From Dehalococcoidia bacterium (GTDB taxonomy: Bacteria; Chloroflexota; Dehalococcoidia; Bin125), in contig OZ251457.1 of the NCBI GenBank assembly GCA_965242565.1, positions 172,046 through 236,045 of the forward strand: 64,000 nt of DNA, given 5' to 3'. Under the pieces are notes generated by a model, which saw nothing but the letters and a program-made list of their open reading frames with translations, was not told the origin of the DNA and did not search any database. Shown one piece after another: positions 55,879-64,000 of the stretch (its first letter is position 1; the number at the start of each line of letters is the position of its first letter). The position numbers and the translations under genes are program-made.

Positions 55879-56828
55879 TGGTTGTGCTCCTCGGCGAGCA
55901 GGCGGCGCGCGGCGTCGCAGTCGCGGGCGATTTGCGCGGTCAGCTGCTCCACGCCGTCGAATTTACGCTCTCCGCGCAGGCGTTGTACGAATTCGACGCG
56001 CAGGTCGGTGTCGTAGATGTCGCTTTGGAAGTCGAAGATGTGGCACTCGATGGAGAGTCCGCCGCCGTCTTCGAAGGTAGGTCGGAGACCGATGTTGGTC
56101 ACCGAAGGGCGTACTCCCTCGGGCAGATGCGCGAGGGTGGCGTAGACGCCGGGGCCGGGGATGGCGCGGTCGGCGCCGACGGCGACGTTGGCGGTGGGGA
56201 AGCCGATGGTGCGTCCGCGCTCGAAGCCGAGCACGACGGGGCCGTGGACGGAGAAGCGGCGTCCGAGCAGCGCGGCGACGCGCTCGACCGCTCCCTCGTT
56301 GAGGGCGGCGCGGATTTCGGTGGAGGAGATTTTTTCGGCTTGCTGGCTGTTGTCGGGGACGAGGTCGATCACGTCGACCTCGAAGCCGAGCTCTTGGCCG
56401 AGTTGGGCGAGCGTTTCGGGGTCGCCGCCGCGCTGGCGTCCGAGGGCGAAGTCTTCGCCGATGATCAGGCGTTTGAGGTTGAGTTCTTCGACGAGCATGC
56501 GGACGAACGCGCCGGCTTCGGTCTGGGCGAATTCGGAGGTGAAGCTGACGGTGGCGACGGTGTCGAGGCCGGTGTCGAGCAGCAGGGCGAGGCGGTCTTC
56601 GAGGCTGGTGACGTATTCGATGGTGAGGTCGCGGCGCAGGACTTCGCGGGGGTGGGGATGGAAGGTGATCGCGCCGGCGGCGAGTCCGTGGGCGCGGGCG
56701 CGGGCGATGACTTCGCGGACGACGGCCTGGTGGCCGCGGTGGACGCCGTCGAAGATGCCGATTGTGAGGGCGGTGGGTCGGTTAAGTGCGGCGCGGCGCA
56801 GTTCTTCGCGCGCGAGTGCGGTGACCAT
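55875..56828 (-). CDS. ribF: Bifunctional riboflavin kinase / FMN adenylyltransferase
   Basis: IGIFDGVHRGHQ, GFPTAN and the C-terminal kinase region. Trimmed to ATG 56828. Confidence 0.9.
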   Translation of the reverse strand: MVTALAREELRRAALNRPTALTIGIFDGVHRGHQAVVREVIARARAHGLAAGAITFHPHPREVLRRDLTIEYVTSLEDRLALLLDTGLDTVATVSFTSEFAQTEAGAFVRMLVEELNLKRLIIGEDFALGRQRGGDPETLAQLGQELGFEVDVIDLVPDNSQQAEKISSTEIRAALNEGAVERVAALLGRRFSVHGPVVLGFERGRTIGFPTANVAVGADRAIPGPGVYATLAHLPEGVRPSVTNIGLRPTFEDGGGLSIECHIFDFQSDIYDTDLRVEFVQRLRGERKFDGVEQLTAQIARDCDAARRLLAEEHNQ

Positions 56829-57634
56829 CAGCCGGCCTCCCGGAGTTGCGACGGCTGGTCGTGTTGCTCGAACGCGCCGCCGCCGACGCTCCATGCGCCC
56901 TGCGGGGGCGCTGCTGCTGCGGTGACCTCGATGTCGTCCCAGGCGGCGTCCTGGCGGAGTTCGACGGCGCGGGCCTTGTGCAGCTCGAGCAGGGCGAGGA
57001 AGGAGACGATCACGAAGCGGCGGGAGGCGGCGTCGGCGATCCAGCGGCGGAAGGAGACGGGTTTGCCGGCGCTGAGGCGGTTGCGGAGGTCGGCGACGCG
57101 GTCGCGCACCGTGATCGGCTCGCGTTCGATGGCGGCGTCGGCGGCCTGGGCGCGCTGGCGTTGGCGGTCTTTGGCGGCGGCGATCGCCTCCTGGGCGATG
57201 CGGCTGAGCAGGGCGAGGGTGACGGAGTCGGGCAGGCCCAGGACTTGCGGGCGCACCGTGTCGGGGCGCGAGAGCGGCGCGTAGGCGCGGGTTTGGGCGC
57301 GATCGCGCTTGCTGAGCGCGGCGACGGCGGCGCGGTAGCGGGCGTATTCGCGGACCATTTCGACCAGTTCGCTGGCTGCTTCGTCGGCTTCGGTGGGCGT
57401 TTCGTCGGCGGGCGGGGGGACGATCTGGCGGGCCTTGAGCAGGACGAGGCGTCCGCCGATTTCGATGAATTCGGCGAGCGCTTCGACGCGCGGGGAGAGG
57501 TCGGCGATTTGTTCGAGGTATTGGTCGGCGACCTGGGCGAGGGAGAGCTCGCTGATGTCGAGCCTGCGGCGCTCGATCAGTTCGAGCAGCAGTTGGAGGG
57601 GGCCTTCGTAGCTGGGCAGCTGCAGCTGTACCAC
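56828..57634 (-). CDS. scpA: Segregation and condensation protein A
   Basis: YEGPLQLLLELIERRRLDISELSLAQVADQYL N-terminus. Confidence 0.85.
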   Translation of the reverse strand: MVQLQLPSYEGPLQLLLELIERRRLDISELSLAQVADQYLEQIADLSPRVEALAEFIEIGGRLVLLKARQIVPPPADETPTEADEAASELVEMVREYARYRAAVAALSKRDRAQTRAYAPLSRPDTVRPQVLGLPDSVTLALLSRIAQEAIAAAKDRQRQRAQAADAAIEREPITVRDRVADLRNRLSAGKPVSFRRWIADAASRRFVIVSFLALLELHKARAVELRQDAAWDDIEVTAAAAPPQGAWSVGGGAFEQHDQPSQLREAG

Positions 57635-57655
57635 GCGGGGCGCTCCCGGTTCGGG

Positions 57656-60121
57656 TCAGTTGGCGACGAAGTTGAGCAGGCGGTCGGGCACCCAGATGGT
57701 GCGGCGGAGGGTTTTGCCCTCGAGTTGTGCGGCGACGCGCTCGGAGGCGCGGGCGGCGGCTTCGGCGTCGGCCTGCGGGACGCCGGGCGGCAGGGCGAGC
57801 TTCTCGCGGACTTTGCCGTTGATCTGGACGACGACGGTGATCGTTTCGTCGGCGGCCAGCGCTTCGTCCCACTCGGGCCAGCGCTGCTCGTGGACGGAGC
57901 CTCCGCGTCCGCGCTGCCGCCAGATTTCCTCGCTGATGTGCGGCGCGGAGGGTGCGAGGCAGAGCGTCAGCGCGTCGAGTGCCTCATCCCAGGCCTGCGG
58001 ATCGACCGGGCCGCCGTCGCGCAGGCGTCCGAGCGCGTTGGTGAACTCCATCATCGCGGCGATCATCGTGTTGAAGCGGAAGCGCTCGATGTCCTGGCTG
58101 ACCTTGCGGATCATCGCGTGGGTTTCGCGGCGGATGTCGGCCTCGTTTGCGCCGTCGGCGAACGAGGCGTCGCCGAGGGCAAGCTGCCAGACGCGGTTGA
58201 GCCAACGCCACTGGCCCTGGATGCCGCTGTCGTCCCAGTCGCCGCCGGCCTCCCAGGGGCCGAGGAACATCAGGTAGAGGCGGACGGTGTCGGCGCCGAA
58301 GCGGGCGACCCACTCGTCGGGGTTGACCACGTTGCCGCGGCTCTTGGACATTTTGTGTCCGTCTTTGGTGATCGTGCCCTGGTTGAAGAGGCGGGTGAAG
58401 GGCTCGTCGATCGGCAGGTGGCCCATGTCGCGGGCGGCCTTGGCGAAGAAGCGGGCGTAGAGCAGGTGCATCACGGCGTGTTCCGCGCCGCCGGTGTACT
58501 GGTCGATGGGCAGCCAGCGCTTTGCCAGTTCGGCGTCGATCGGCGCGTGGTGGTTGTGCGGATCGACGTAGCGGTACATGTACCAGTTGGAGCACATGAA
58601 GGTGTCCATGGTGTCGGTTTCGCGCCGTGCGTCCGCGCCGCATTCGGGGCAGGCGGTGTGCAGGAAGCCGGCGTGGCGTTCGAGCGGCGATGCGCCGGTG
58701 GGCAGGAATTCGGCGTCGTCGGGCAGCAGGACGGGCAGCTCGGATTCGGGGATCGGGACGATGCCGCAATCGTCGCAGTAGACCATCGGGATCGGCGCGC
58801 CCCAGTAGCGCTGGCGGCTGATCAGCCAGTCGCGCAGGCGGTAGGAGACGGCCGGTCCGCCCAGCTCGCGCTCGGCCAGCGCTGCGGCGACGGCGCGCTT
58901 GCCTTGTTCGGCCGGCGTGCCGTTGAACTCCTGTGAGTTGACCATCAGGCCGTCGCCGATGTGGGCCTCGGCGAGCGGTTGGCCGTCCCAGTCGGGCGGC
59001 GCGATCACGACGGGGATCGGCAGGTCGTATTTGTCGGCGAAGGCGAAGTCGCGCTCGTCGTGGGCGGGCACGCCCATCACCGCGCCGGTGCCGTAGCTGA
59101 GCAGCACGTAGTCGGCGATCCAGATCGGCACGGGCTGATCGGTGAGCGGGTGGCGGACGTATGCGCCGGTGAAGACGCCGGTCTTTTCGAGTTCGGTGGA
59201 CTGGCGCTCGATTTCCGACTGACGGCGGGTCTGCGCGACATAAGCGTCGACCGCTTCGCGCTGCTCCGGCGTGGTGAGCCGATCGATCAGCGGGTGTTCG
59301 GGCGCGAGCACGAGGTAGCTGACGCCGAAGACGGTGTCGGGGCGGGTGGTGAAGACGGTGATGCGGTCGGTGTCGTCGAGCGGCTGGTCGAGCGGGAAGG
59401 AGATCTCCGCGCCTTCGGAGCGGCCGATCCAGTTGCGCTGCATCATTTGGATCGGCTCGGGCCAGTCGATCGTGGAGAAGTCGAGCAGCTCGTCGGCGTA
59501 GTTGGTGATGCGGAAGAACCACTGCTCGAGGTCGCGGGTTTCGACGACCGCGGCGCAGCGCTCGCAGTTGCCGTTGCCGAGGTCGTCGCGCAGCACCTGT
59601 TCGTTGGCCAGCACGGTGCTGCAGGAGGGGCACCAGTTGGCGGCGGCGCGGTCGCGGTAGGCCAGGCCGTGCTCGTAGAGCTGGAGGAACCACCACTGGG
59701 TCCAGCGGTAGTACTCCGGGTCGGAGGTGGCGAACTCGCGGTCCCAGTCGAAGCAGGCGCCCATCTGCTGGAGCTGGCGGCGCATCGTCTCAACGTTGCG
59801 GTAGGTCCACTCTTTGGGGTGCGTGTTGTTCTGGATGGCGGCGTTTTCGGCGGGCAGGCCGAAGGCGTCGAAGCCGAGCGGGAAGAGCACGTTGTAGCCC
59901 TGCATCCGCTTCCAGCGGGCGGCGGCATCGCTGGGGGCCATCGCGTACCAGTGGCCGATGTGGAGGTCGCCGCTGGTGTAGGGCAGCATGGTGAGGAAGA
60001 AGTAGGGTTCACGCGCGTCCTCATCGGGCGTGCGGTAGAGGCCGTCGATCGTCCAGCGGCGGCGCCAGCGCGGCTCGATCTCGGCGGGGTCGTAGGCGGG
60101 CGGGAGCGGTGTGTCGGGCAT
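57656..60121 (-). CDS. leuS: Leucine--tRNA ligase
   Basis: PYTSGDLHIGH, KMSKSRGN and the editing-domain sequence. Trimmed to ATG 60121. Confidence 0.93.
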   Translation of the reverse strand: MPDTPLPPAYDPAEIEPRWRRRWTIDGLYRTPDEDAREPYFFLTMLPYTSGDLHIGHWYAMAPSDAAARWKRMQGYNVLFPLGFDAFGLPAENAAIQNNTHPKEWTYRNVETMRRQLQQMGACFDWDREFATSDPEYYRWTQWWFLQLYEHGLAYRDRAAANWCPSCSTVLANEQVLRDDLGNGNCERCAAVVETRDLEQWFFRITNYADELLDFSTIDWPEPIQMMQRNWIGRSEGAEISFPLDQPLDDTDRITVFTTRPDTVFGVSYLVLAPEHPLIDRLTTPEQREAVDAYVAQTRRQSEIERQSTELEKTGVFTGAYVRHPLTDQPVPIWIADYVLLSYGTGAVMGVPAHDERDFAFADKYDLPIPVVIAPPDWDGQPLAEAHIGDGLMVNSQEFNGTPAEQGKRAVAAALAERELGGPAVSYRLRDWLISRQRYWGAPIPMVYCDDCGIVPIPESELPVLLPDDAEFLPTGASPLERHAGFLHTACPECGADARRETDTMDTFMCSNWYMYRYVDPHNHHAPIDAELAKRWLPIDQYTGGAEHAVMHLLYARFFAKAARDMGHLPIDEPFTRLFNQGTITKDGHKMSKSRGNVVNPDEWVARFGADTVRLYLMFLGPWEAGGDWDDSGIQGQWRWLNRVWQLALGDASFADGANEADIRRETHAMIRKVSQDIERFRFNTMIAAMMEFTNALGRLRDGGPVDPQAWDEALDALTLCLAPSAPHISEEIWRQRGRGGSVHEQRWPEWDEALAADETITVVVQINGKVREKLALPPGVPQADAEAAARASERVAAQLEGKTLRRTIWVPDRLLNFVAN

Positions 60122-60245
60122 CGGCGCGGTCGCGTGGATTACTTCTGCGGCTGTTCGGCCAACCCAATGAGGGGTTGCGATTGAGTATACGCAGGTATCC
60201 TGCTCGGACAGCCGCGCCGAAGGTTCAACGGGGAAGGAGCGTGTC

Positions 60246-60746
60246 GTGTCCGACGCAGTGCAGGTGGGGGTGATGATGGGTTCGCATTCGGACTGGGAGA
60301 CGATGCGCCATGCGGCGTCCACGCTGGAGGAGTTGGGCATCGCCTGGGAGGCGCGGGTGCTCTCGGCGCACCGCACGCCGGACGAGACGGCGGCCTACGC
60401 CGCAGAGGCGGCGGGGCGCGGCATCCGCGTGCTGATCGCGGCGGCGGGCGGTGCGGCGGCGCTGCCGGGCGCGGTCGCCGCCAAGACGGACCTGCCGGTG
60501 ATCGGGGCGCCGATGAAGGGCTGGGCGACGGACGGTCTTGATTCGCTGCTCTCGATGGCGCAGATGCCGCGCGGCGTGCCGGTGGCGACGGTCGCGATCG
60601 GCCGCGCGGGGGCGGTCAACTCCGCGCTGCTGGCGGCGCGGATTCTGGCGCTGGGCGACGACGCGGTCGCGGCGCGGGTCGCGGCCTACCGCGAGGCGCG
60701 GGCGCGCGAGGCGCTTGAGGCGCCGCACCCGTCGCTGGAGGGCTGA
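60246..60746 (+). CDS. purE: N5-carboxyaminoimidazole ribonucleotide mutase
   Basis: VGVMMGSHSDW, SAHRTP and GVPVATVAIG motifs. Confidence 0.9.
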   Translation: MSDAVQVGVMMGSHSDWETMRHAASTLEELGIAWEARVLSAHRTPDETAAYAAEAAGRGIRVLIAAAGGAAALPGAVAAKTDLPVIGAPMKGWATDGLDSLLSMAQMPRGVPVATVAIGRAGAVNSALLAARILALGDDAVAARVAAYREARAREALEAPHPSLEG

Positions 60747-60753
60747 GCGCGCG

Positions 60754-61269
60754 ATGGCGGTCCGACCGATCACCACGCTGCCGGCCGACGCGGCGGTGCT
60801 GCGCGCGCCCGCGAAGCGGGTGCGTGCGTTCGACGCGAGTCTGCGCGAGCTCGCAGCCGACATGATCGACTCGATGTACGCGGCGAGCGGCGTCGGCGTC
60901 GCCGCGCCGCAGATCGGCGTCTCGCTGCGCGTGGTGGTGATCGGGATGCCCGGGGAGCGCCCATTCGTGATGGTCAATCCGGAGGTGGTGAAGCGCTCGG
61001 GCGAGCGCACGCTGACCGAGGGCTGCCTGAGCGTGCCCGGCTGGCGCGGGGAGGTGGTGCGCTCGCAGCGCGTGCTGGCCAAGGCGCAGGATCTGGAGGG
61101 GCGCGAAATTCGGATCCGGGCGGAAGGTGATCTGCTGGCGCAGGCGATCGAGCACGAGATCGATCACATCAACGGGCGCGTCTACATCGACCATGTTGCG
61201 GACCCTCAACTGCTCTGGCCGCTGCGCGAGCCGGAAGACGGCGCAGACGATGATGACGACGACGGCTAG
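60754..61269 (+). CDS. def: Peptide deformylase
   Basis: GVGVAAPQIG, EGCLSVPG and HEIDHINGR motifs. Confidence 0.92.
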   Translation: MAVRPITTLPADAAVLRAPAKRVRAFDASLRELAADMIDSMYAASGVGVAAPQIGVSLRVVVIGMPGERPFVMVNPEVVKRSGERTLTEGCLSVPGWRGEVVRSQRVLAKAQDLEGREIRIRAEGDLLAQAIEHEIDHINGRVYIDHVADPQLLWPLREPEDGADDDDDDG

Positions 61270-62767
61270 GGCCGCGCTGGAGCGGATTGTCGCGGCGGAT
61301 ATCGGCGGCGAGCCGTATGTGGTCGGCGGCGCGCTGCGCGACGCGCTGTTGGGGCGTTCGGCGAGCGAGCTGGACATCGTCGTCGCCGACGCCGCGCGCT
61401 GGGCGTCGCGGGCGGCTGCCGTGCTGGGCGTCCGCGCCGCGCAGATCGGGCGCGGACCGTTCGTCTGGCGGCTGGCGATCGACGACGGCTGGCTGGATGT
61501 GACGGACCTGGAACAAGATCTGGAAGCGGACCTGCGACGGCGCGATTTCACCGTCAACGCGCTGGCCGCGCCGCCAACCGCCGTGCTGGAGGGCAACATC
61601 GCGGAGCGCCTGATCGATCCGCTGGGCGGGCGCGACGATCTCGCCGCCCGGCGGCTGCGGCTGGCGTCGCCGCAGGCGCTCGACGCCGATCCCGTGCGCA
61701 TTCTGCGCGGCGTGCGGCTGGAGGCGACGCATGGGCTGCGGATGGACGCGGCGACGGAGAACGCGGCGCGCCGCGCCGCTCCTGCGCTCGGCAGCGTCGC
61801 CGGCGAGCGCGTCTGGGCCGAGCTGGATCGAATCCTGTCACACGACCATTGTTCCGATGCCGTGCGGCGGCTGGAGTCGCTCGGCGCGTTGGACGCGATC
61901 ATCCCGGAGTTGGCGCAGTGCCGCGGCGTCGATCAGCGGCCGGTGCATCGGCGCGATGTGCTCGGCCACCAGCTCGACGCGGTGGAGTGGCTTGATGTTC
62001 TGATCGCGCCCGAGCCGCCCGGCGAACTGCCCGGCGAGCCCCTCGCCGAGACGCTCTGGCGCGAACTCTGGGAAACCGACGCTTTCGAGGACGCCGATGC
62101 CCTGCGCGGGCGGCTGTGGGACGGTCGGACGGTGTTGCGGCTGGCGACGCTGCTGCACGACATCGGCAAGCCCGGTACGCGGCGCGTGGAGGCCGACGGG
62201 CGGACGCGCTTCTTCGGGCATTCGGAGTTGGGCGCGGAGTTGGCGCAGGAGCGGCTGCGCGCGCTGCGCGCGCCGTCGGCGATCGCCGCGCCCGTGCAGA
62301 CGCTGATCCTGCACCACCTGCGCCCGGGGCAGGTCGCCGCGGCGGGGCAAGCGCCCAGCGATCGCGCGCTCTATCGCTTCCACAAAGCGCTGGGCGATCG
62401 GGCAGCGCCGCTTTGTTGGCTGTTTCTGGCCGACAGTCTGGCTACCGTAGGGGGAGAGGCGCTCGCGCCGCGCTGGCCGGCCTACGCGGCGCATGTGTCG
62501 CGGATTCTGGGCTGGCGCGATCGACAGCGGCAGCGGACGGAGAGCGAGTTTGGACGGGGCGGCGGGCGCATACTGGACGGACACGCGATTATGCAGGCGA
62601 CGGGTCTGCCGCCCGGACCGCGCGTCGGCGCGATTCTGGCGGCGCTCGACGAGGCCGCCGCGGTGGGCGAGATTACGACCGCGGCGGGTGCGCGGGCGCT
62701 GGCGGTGCAGCTGGTCGGTTCAGCCGGGCGGTCGGGCGCCGGAGGCCGAGAGGAGTCTGGGCCGTGA
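61250..62767 (+). CDS. cca: CCA-adding tRNA nucleotidyltransferase / poly(A) polymerase family protein with HD domain
   Basis: VVGGALRDALLG, RRDFTVNAL and LLHDIGKP motifs. Confidence 0.8.
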   Translation: MMTTTARAALERIVAADIGGEPYVVGGALRDALLGRSASELDIVVADAARWASRAAAVLGVRAAQIGRGPFVWRLAIDDGWLDVTDLEQDLEADLRRRDFTVNALAAPPTAVLEGNIAERLIDPLGGRDDLAARRLRLASPQALDADPVRILRGVRLEATHGLRMDAATENAARRAAPALGSVAGERVWAELDRILSHDHCSDAVRRLESLGALDAIIPELAQCRGVDQRPVHRRDVLGHQLDAVEWLDVLIAPEPPGELPGEPLAETLWRELWETDAFEDADALRGRLWDGRTVLRLATLLHDIGKPGTRRVEADGRTRFFGHSELGAELAQERLRALRAPSAIAAPVQTLILHHLRPGQVAAAGQAPSDRALYRFHKALGDRAAPLCWLFLADSLATVGGEALAPRWPAYAAHVSRILGWRDRQRQRTESEFGRGGGRILDGHAIMQATGLPPGPRVGAILAALDEAAAVGEITTAAGARALAVQLVGSAGRSGAGGREESGP

Positions 62768-63096
62768 CTGAAGTGATTCTGATCACCGTGCTGGTGGTGG
62801 CTGCGTTCTACCTGTTCTTCATCCGCCCGACGCGCAGCGAAGAGCGGCGGCGGCAGCGCGATCTGAACGATTTGCGGGTGGGCGACACGGTGCTGACGCG
62901 GGGCGGGCTGATCGCCGAGGTGGCGGGCGTCGAGACGCCGGAGGACGGGCCGATGATCGTCCTGCTCCGCCTCGCTGAAGGAGTGGAGGTTAGGGCGCGC
63001 ACGGCGGCCATCGCCGAGCGGTTGTCCACGCCCGAAGACGACGACTTCGAGCGCGAAACGGTGGAAACCGACCAAACCGACAGGGCGGCGCGGTGA
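62764..63096 (+). CDS. yajC: Preprotein translocase subunit YajC
   Basis: Single TM helix followed by FFIRP and GDTVLTRGGLIAEV. GTG 62764 overlaps the cca stop. Confidence 0.8.
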   Translation: MTEVILITVLVVAAFYLFFIRPTRSEERRRQRDLNDLRVGDTVLTRGGLIAEVAGVETPEDGPMIVLLRLAEGVEVRARTAAIAERLSTPEDDDFERETVETDQTDRAAR

Positions 63097-63127
63097 TCAT
63101 AAGTAGCTCGCTGCGTACTCTGCCAGA

Positions 63128-64000
63128 GTGAGACGCTTCCGCTTCCGCGACGCCTACATCTGCGCCGTGATTCTGATCCTGGCGGGCTTTGCGATCGCGG
63201 CGTCGTGGCCGCGCGCGCCGGAGCGCTATCTGCCCGACTTCATCCCTTGGCCGTCGGGCGGCGGGGTGCAGGTCGGCGACTGGGTGCGCGACGAGTTTCG
63301 GCTCGGCCTGGACCTGGCCGGGGGCGTCTCGGTGACGCTGGAAGTGGCGGGCGAAGCGGCGTCGGTGCGGCGCGGCGAATCGCTCAGCAGCTTCCTCGCC
63401 CGCGAAAACGCCGACCGCGACGAAGTGATCGCGCTTAATCCTTCCCTGCGCGATCTCGATCCGGCCGACGACGACCAACCGCTGCCGACCTGGATCAAGA
63501 CGATCGTGCTGCCGATCGATGTCGGCGCGGAGCAGCTCTCGGAATCCGTCGAAGAGGCGCGGCGGATCATTGAGGAGCGCGTCAACGGCTTCGGCGTCTC
63601 CGAAGCCGAGGTCACCGTCGTCGGCGAGGATCGCATCAACGCCCAGATCCCCGGCGTTGACGCCGATGAAGCGTCAGGGCTGGTCGGCTCGACGGCGCTG
63701 CTCGAGTTCCGCGAGATCGATCCGTTGCAGAGCACCGTGCCGGTCTCGCCCACGCGGCTGGAGGTGCGCGACGCCGTGGACGATGTCTGGAACAGCCAGG
63801 TGCGCGCCGCGCCGGACGAGCTCAACCTCCGCACCCGGTCCTACTTCATCCCCGAAGAAGACGAGGATGTGATCGTGGCCGACGAGGTGCGCTGGATCCC
63901 CGCCGTCGGCATCACCGAAGCCGGCGAGACGCTGCAGCTCAGCGGTCGCCACCTGATCGCCAACTCGATCACGCGCACCCTGGACGAGTCGGCGCTGCCG
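63128..64000 (+). CDS. secD: Protein translocase subunit SecD (5' part, runs off the window)
   Basis: My own translation from GTG 63128 gives a TM helix, LGLDLAGGVSVTLE, IIEERVNGFGVSEAEV and STALLEFREI. No stop before base 64000. Confidence 0.8.
   Translation, partial: MRRFRFRDAYICAVILILAGFAIAASWPRAPERYLPDFIPWPSGGGVQVGDWVRDEFRLGLDLAGGVSVTLEVAGEAASVRRGESLSSFLARENADRDEVIALNPSLRDLDPADDDQPLPTWIKTIVLPIDVGAEQLSESVEEARRIIEERVNGFGVSEAEVTVVGEDRINAQIPGVDADEASGLVGSTALLEFREIDPLQSTVPVSPTRLEVRDAVDDVWNSQVRAAPDELNLRTRSYFIPEEDEDVIVADEVRWIPAVGITEAGETLQLSGRHLIANSITRTLDESALP

Noticed and set aside
60122-60245. T-box or other riboswitch upstream of leuS (and of tyrS and lysS)
   Set aside because: The leuS upstream region is only about 125 nt and is shared with divergent purE. 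tyrS overlaps ribF, and lysS follows greA closely. None has room for, or motifs of, a T-box leader.

Overview
Very GC-rich bacterial chromosomal segment, about two-thirds G+C or more judged by eye. Gene content and repeat style suggest a Chloroflexota/Thermomicrobia-like lineage, but that is inference only. The six-frame track is full of long Arg/Pro/Ala-rich shadow ORFs, so I called genes from recognisable protein motifs and trimmed starts to ATG/GTG codons that fit neighbouring stops.

Backbone, left to right:
- Aromatic amino-acid supraoperon (1.0-15.6 kb): tyrA-aroA-gmk, a promoter plus possible Trp T-box leader, then trpE-[Nudix-like/CMD fusion]-[CMD-CMD]-trpG-trpD-trpC-trpF-trpB-[CPBP protease]-trpA-aroH-DAHP synthase.
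- Minus-strand housekeeping block: coiled-coil protein, coaD, rsmD, GH18-like membrane protein, htrA. Then greA and lysS.
- Accessory island A (22.9-29.5 kb): four DUF1640-like membrane-anchored coiled-coil paralogues, a NYN/YacP-like gene, a 911-aa nuclease-like/N6-adenine methyltransferase fusion, a decayed ADP-ribosylglycohydrolase (ARH), and a lower-GC two-gene islet.
- CoA-transferase, narK, hydrolase, AIM24-like gene, TauE, priA.
- A repeat-flanked Panacea-domain (PanA-like) two-gene islet.
- nirA-nasA flanked by two inverted cytochrome P450 paralogues, then ferredoxin and an LLM oxidoreductase.
- Accessory island B (48.2-53.7 kb): two ARH genes, a 925-aa paralogous methyltransferase fusion, and a frameshifted coiled-coil gene. 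This is inverted relative to island A.
- MBL hydrolase, tyrS, ribF, scpA, leuS, purE, def, cca, yajC and the 5' part of secD.

Intergenic DNA carries at least three repeat families: nested palindromic MITE-like elements with GGGAATGACGG-type tails, a double-hairpin element, and a G/T-rich tandem array.

I recognised no rRNA, tRNA, CRISPR array, transposase or integrase.

The best candidate for an undescribed system is the duplicated ARH + MmeI-sized methyltransferase fusion + membrane coiled-coil module.
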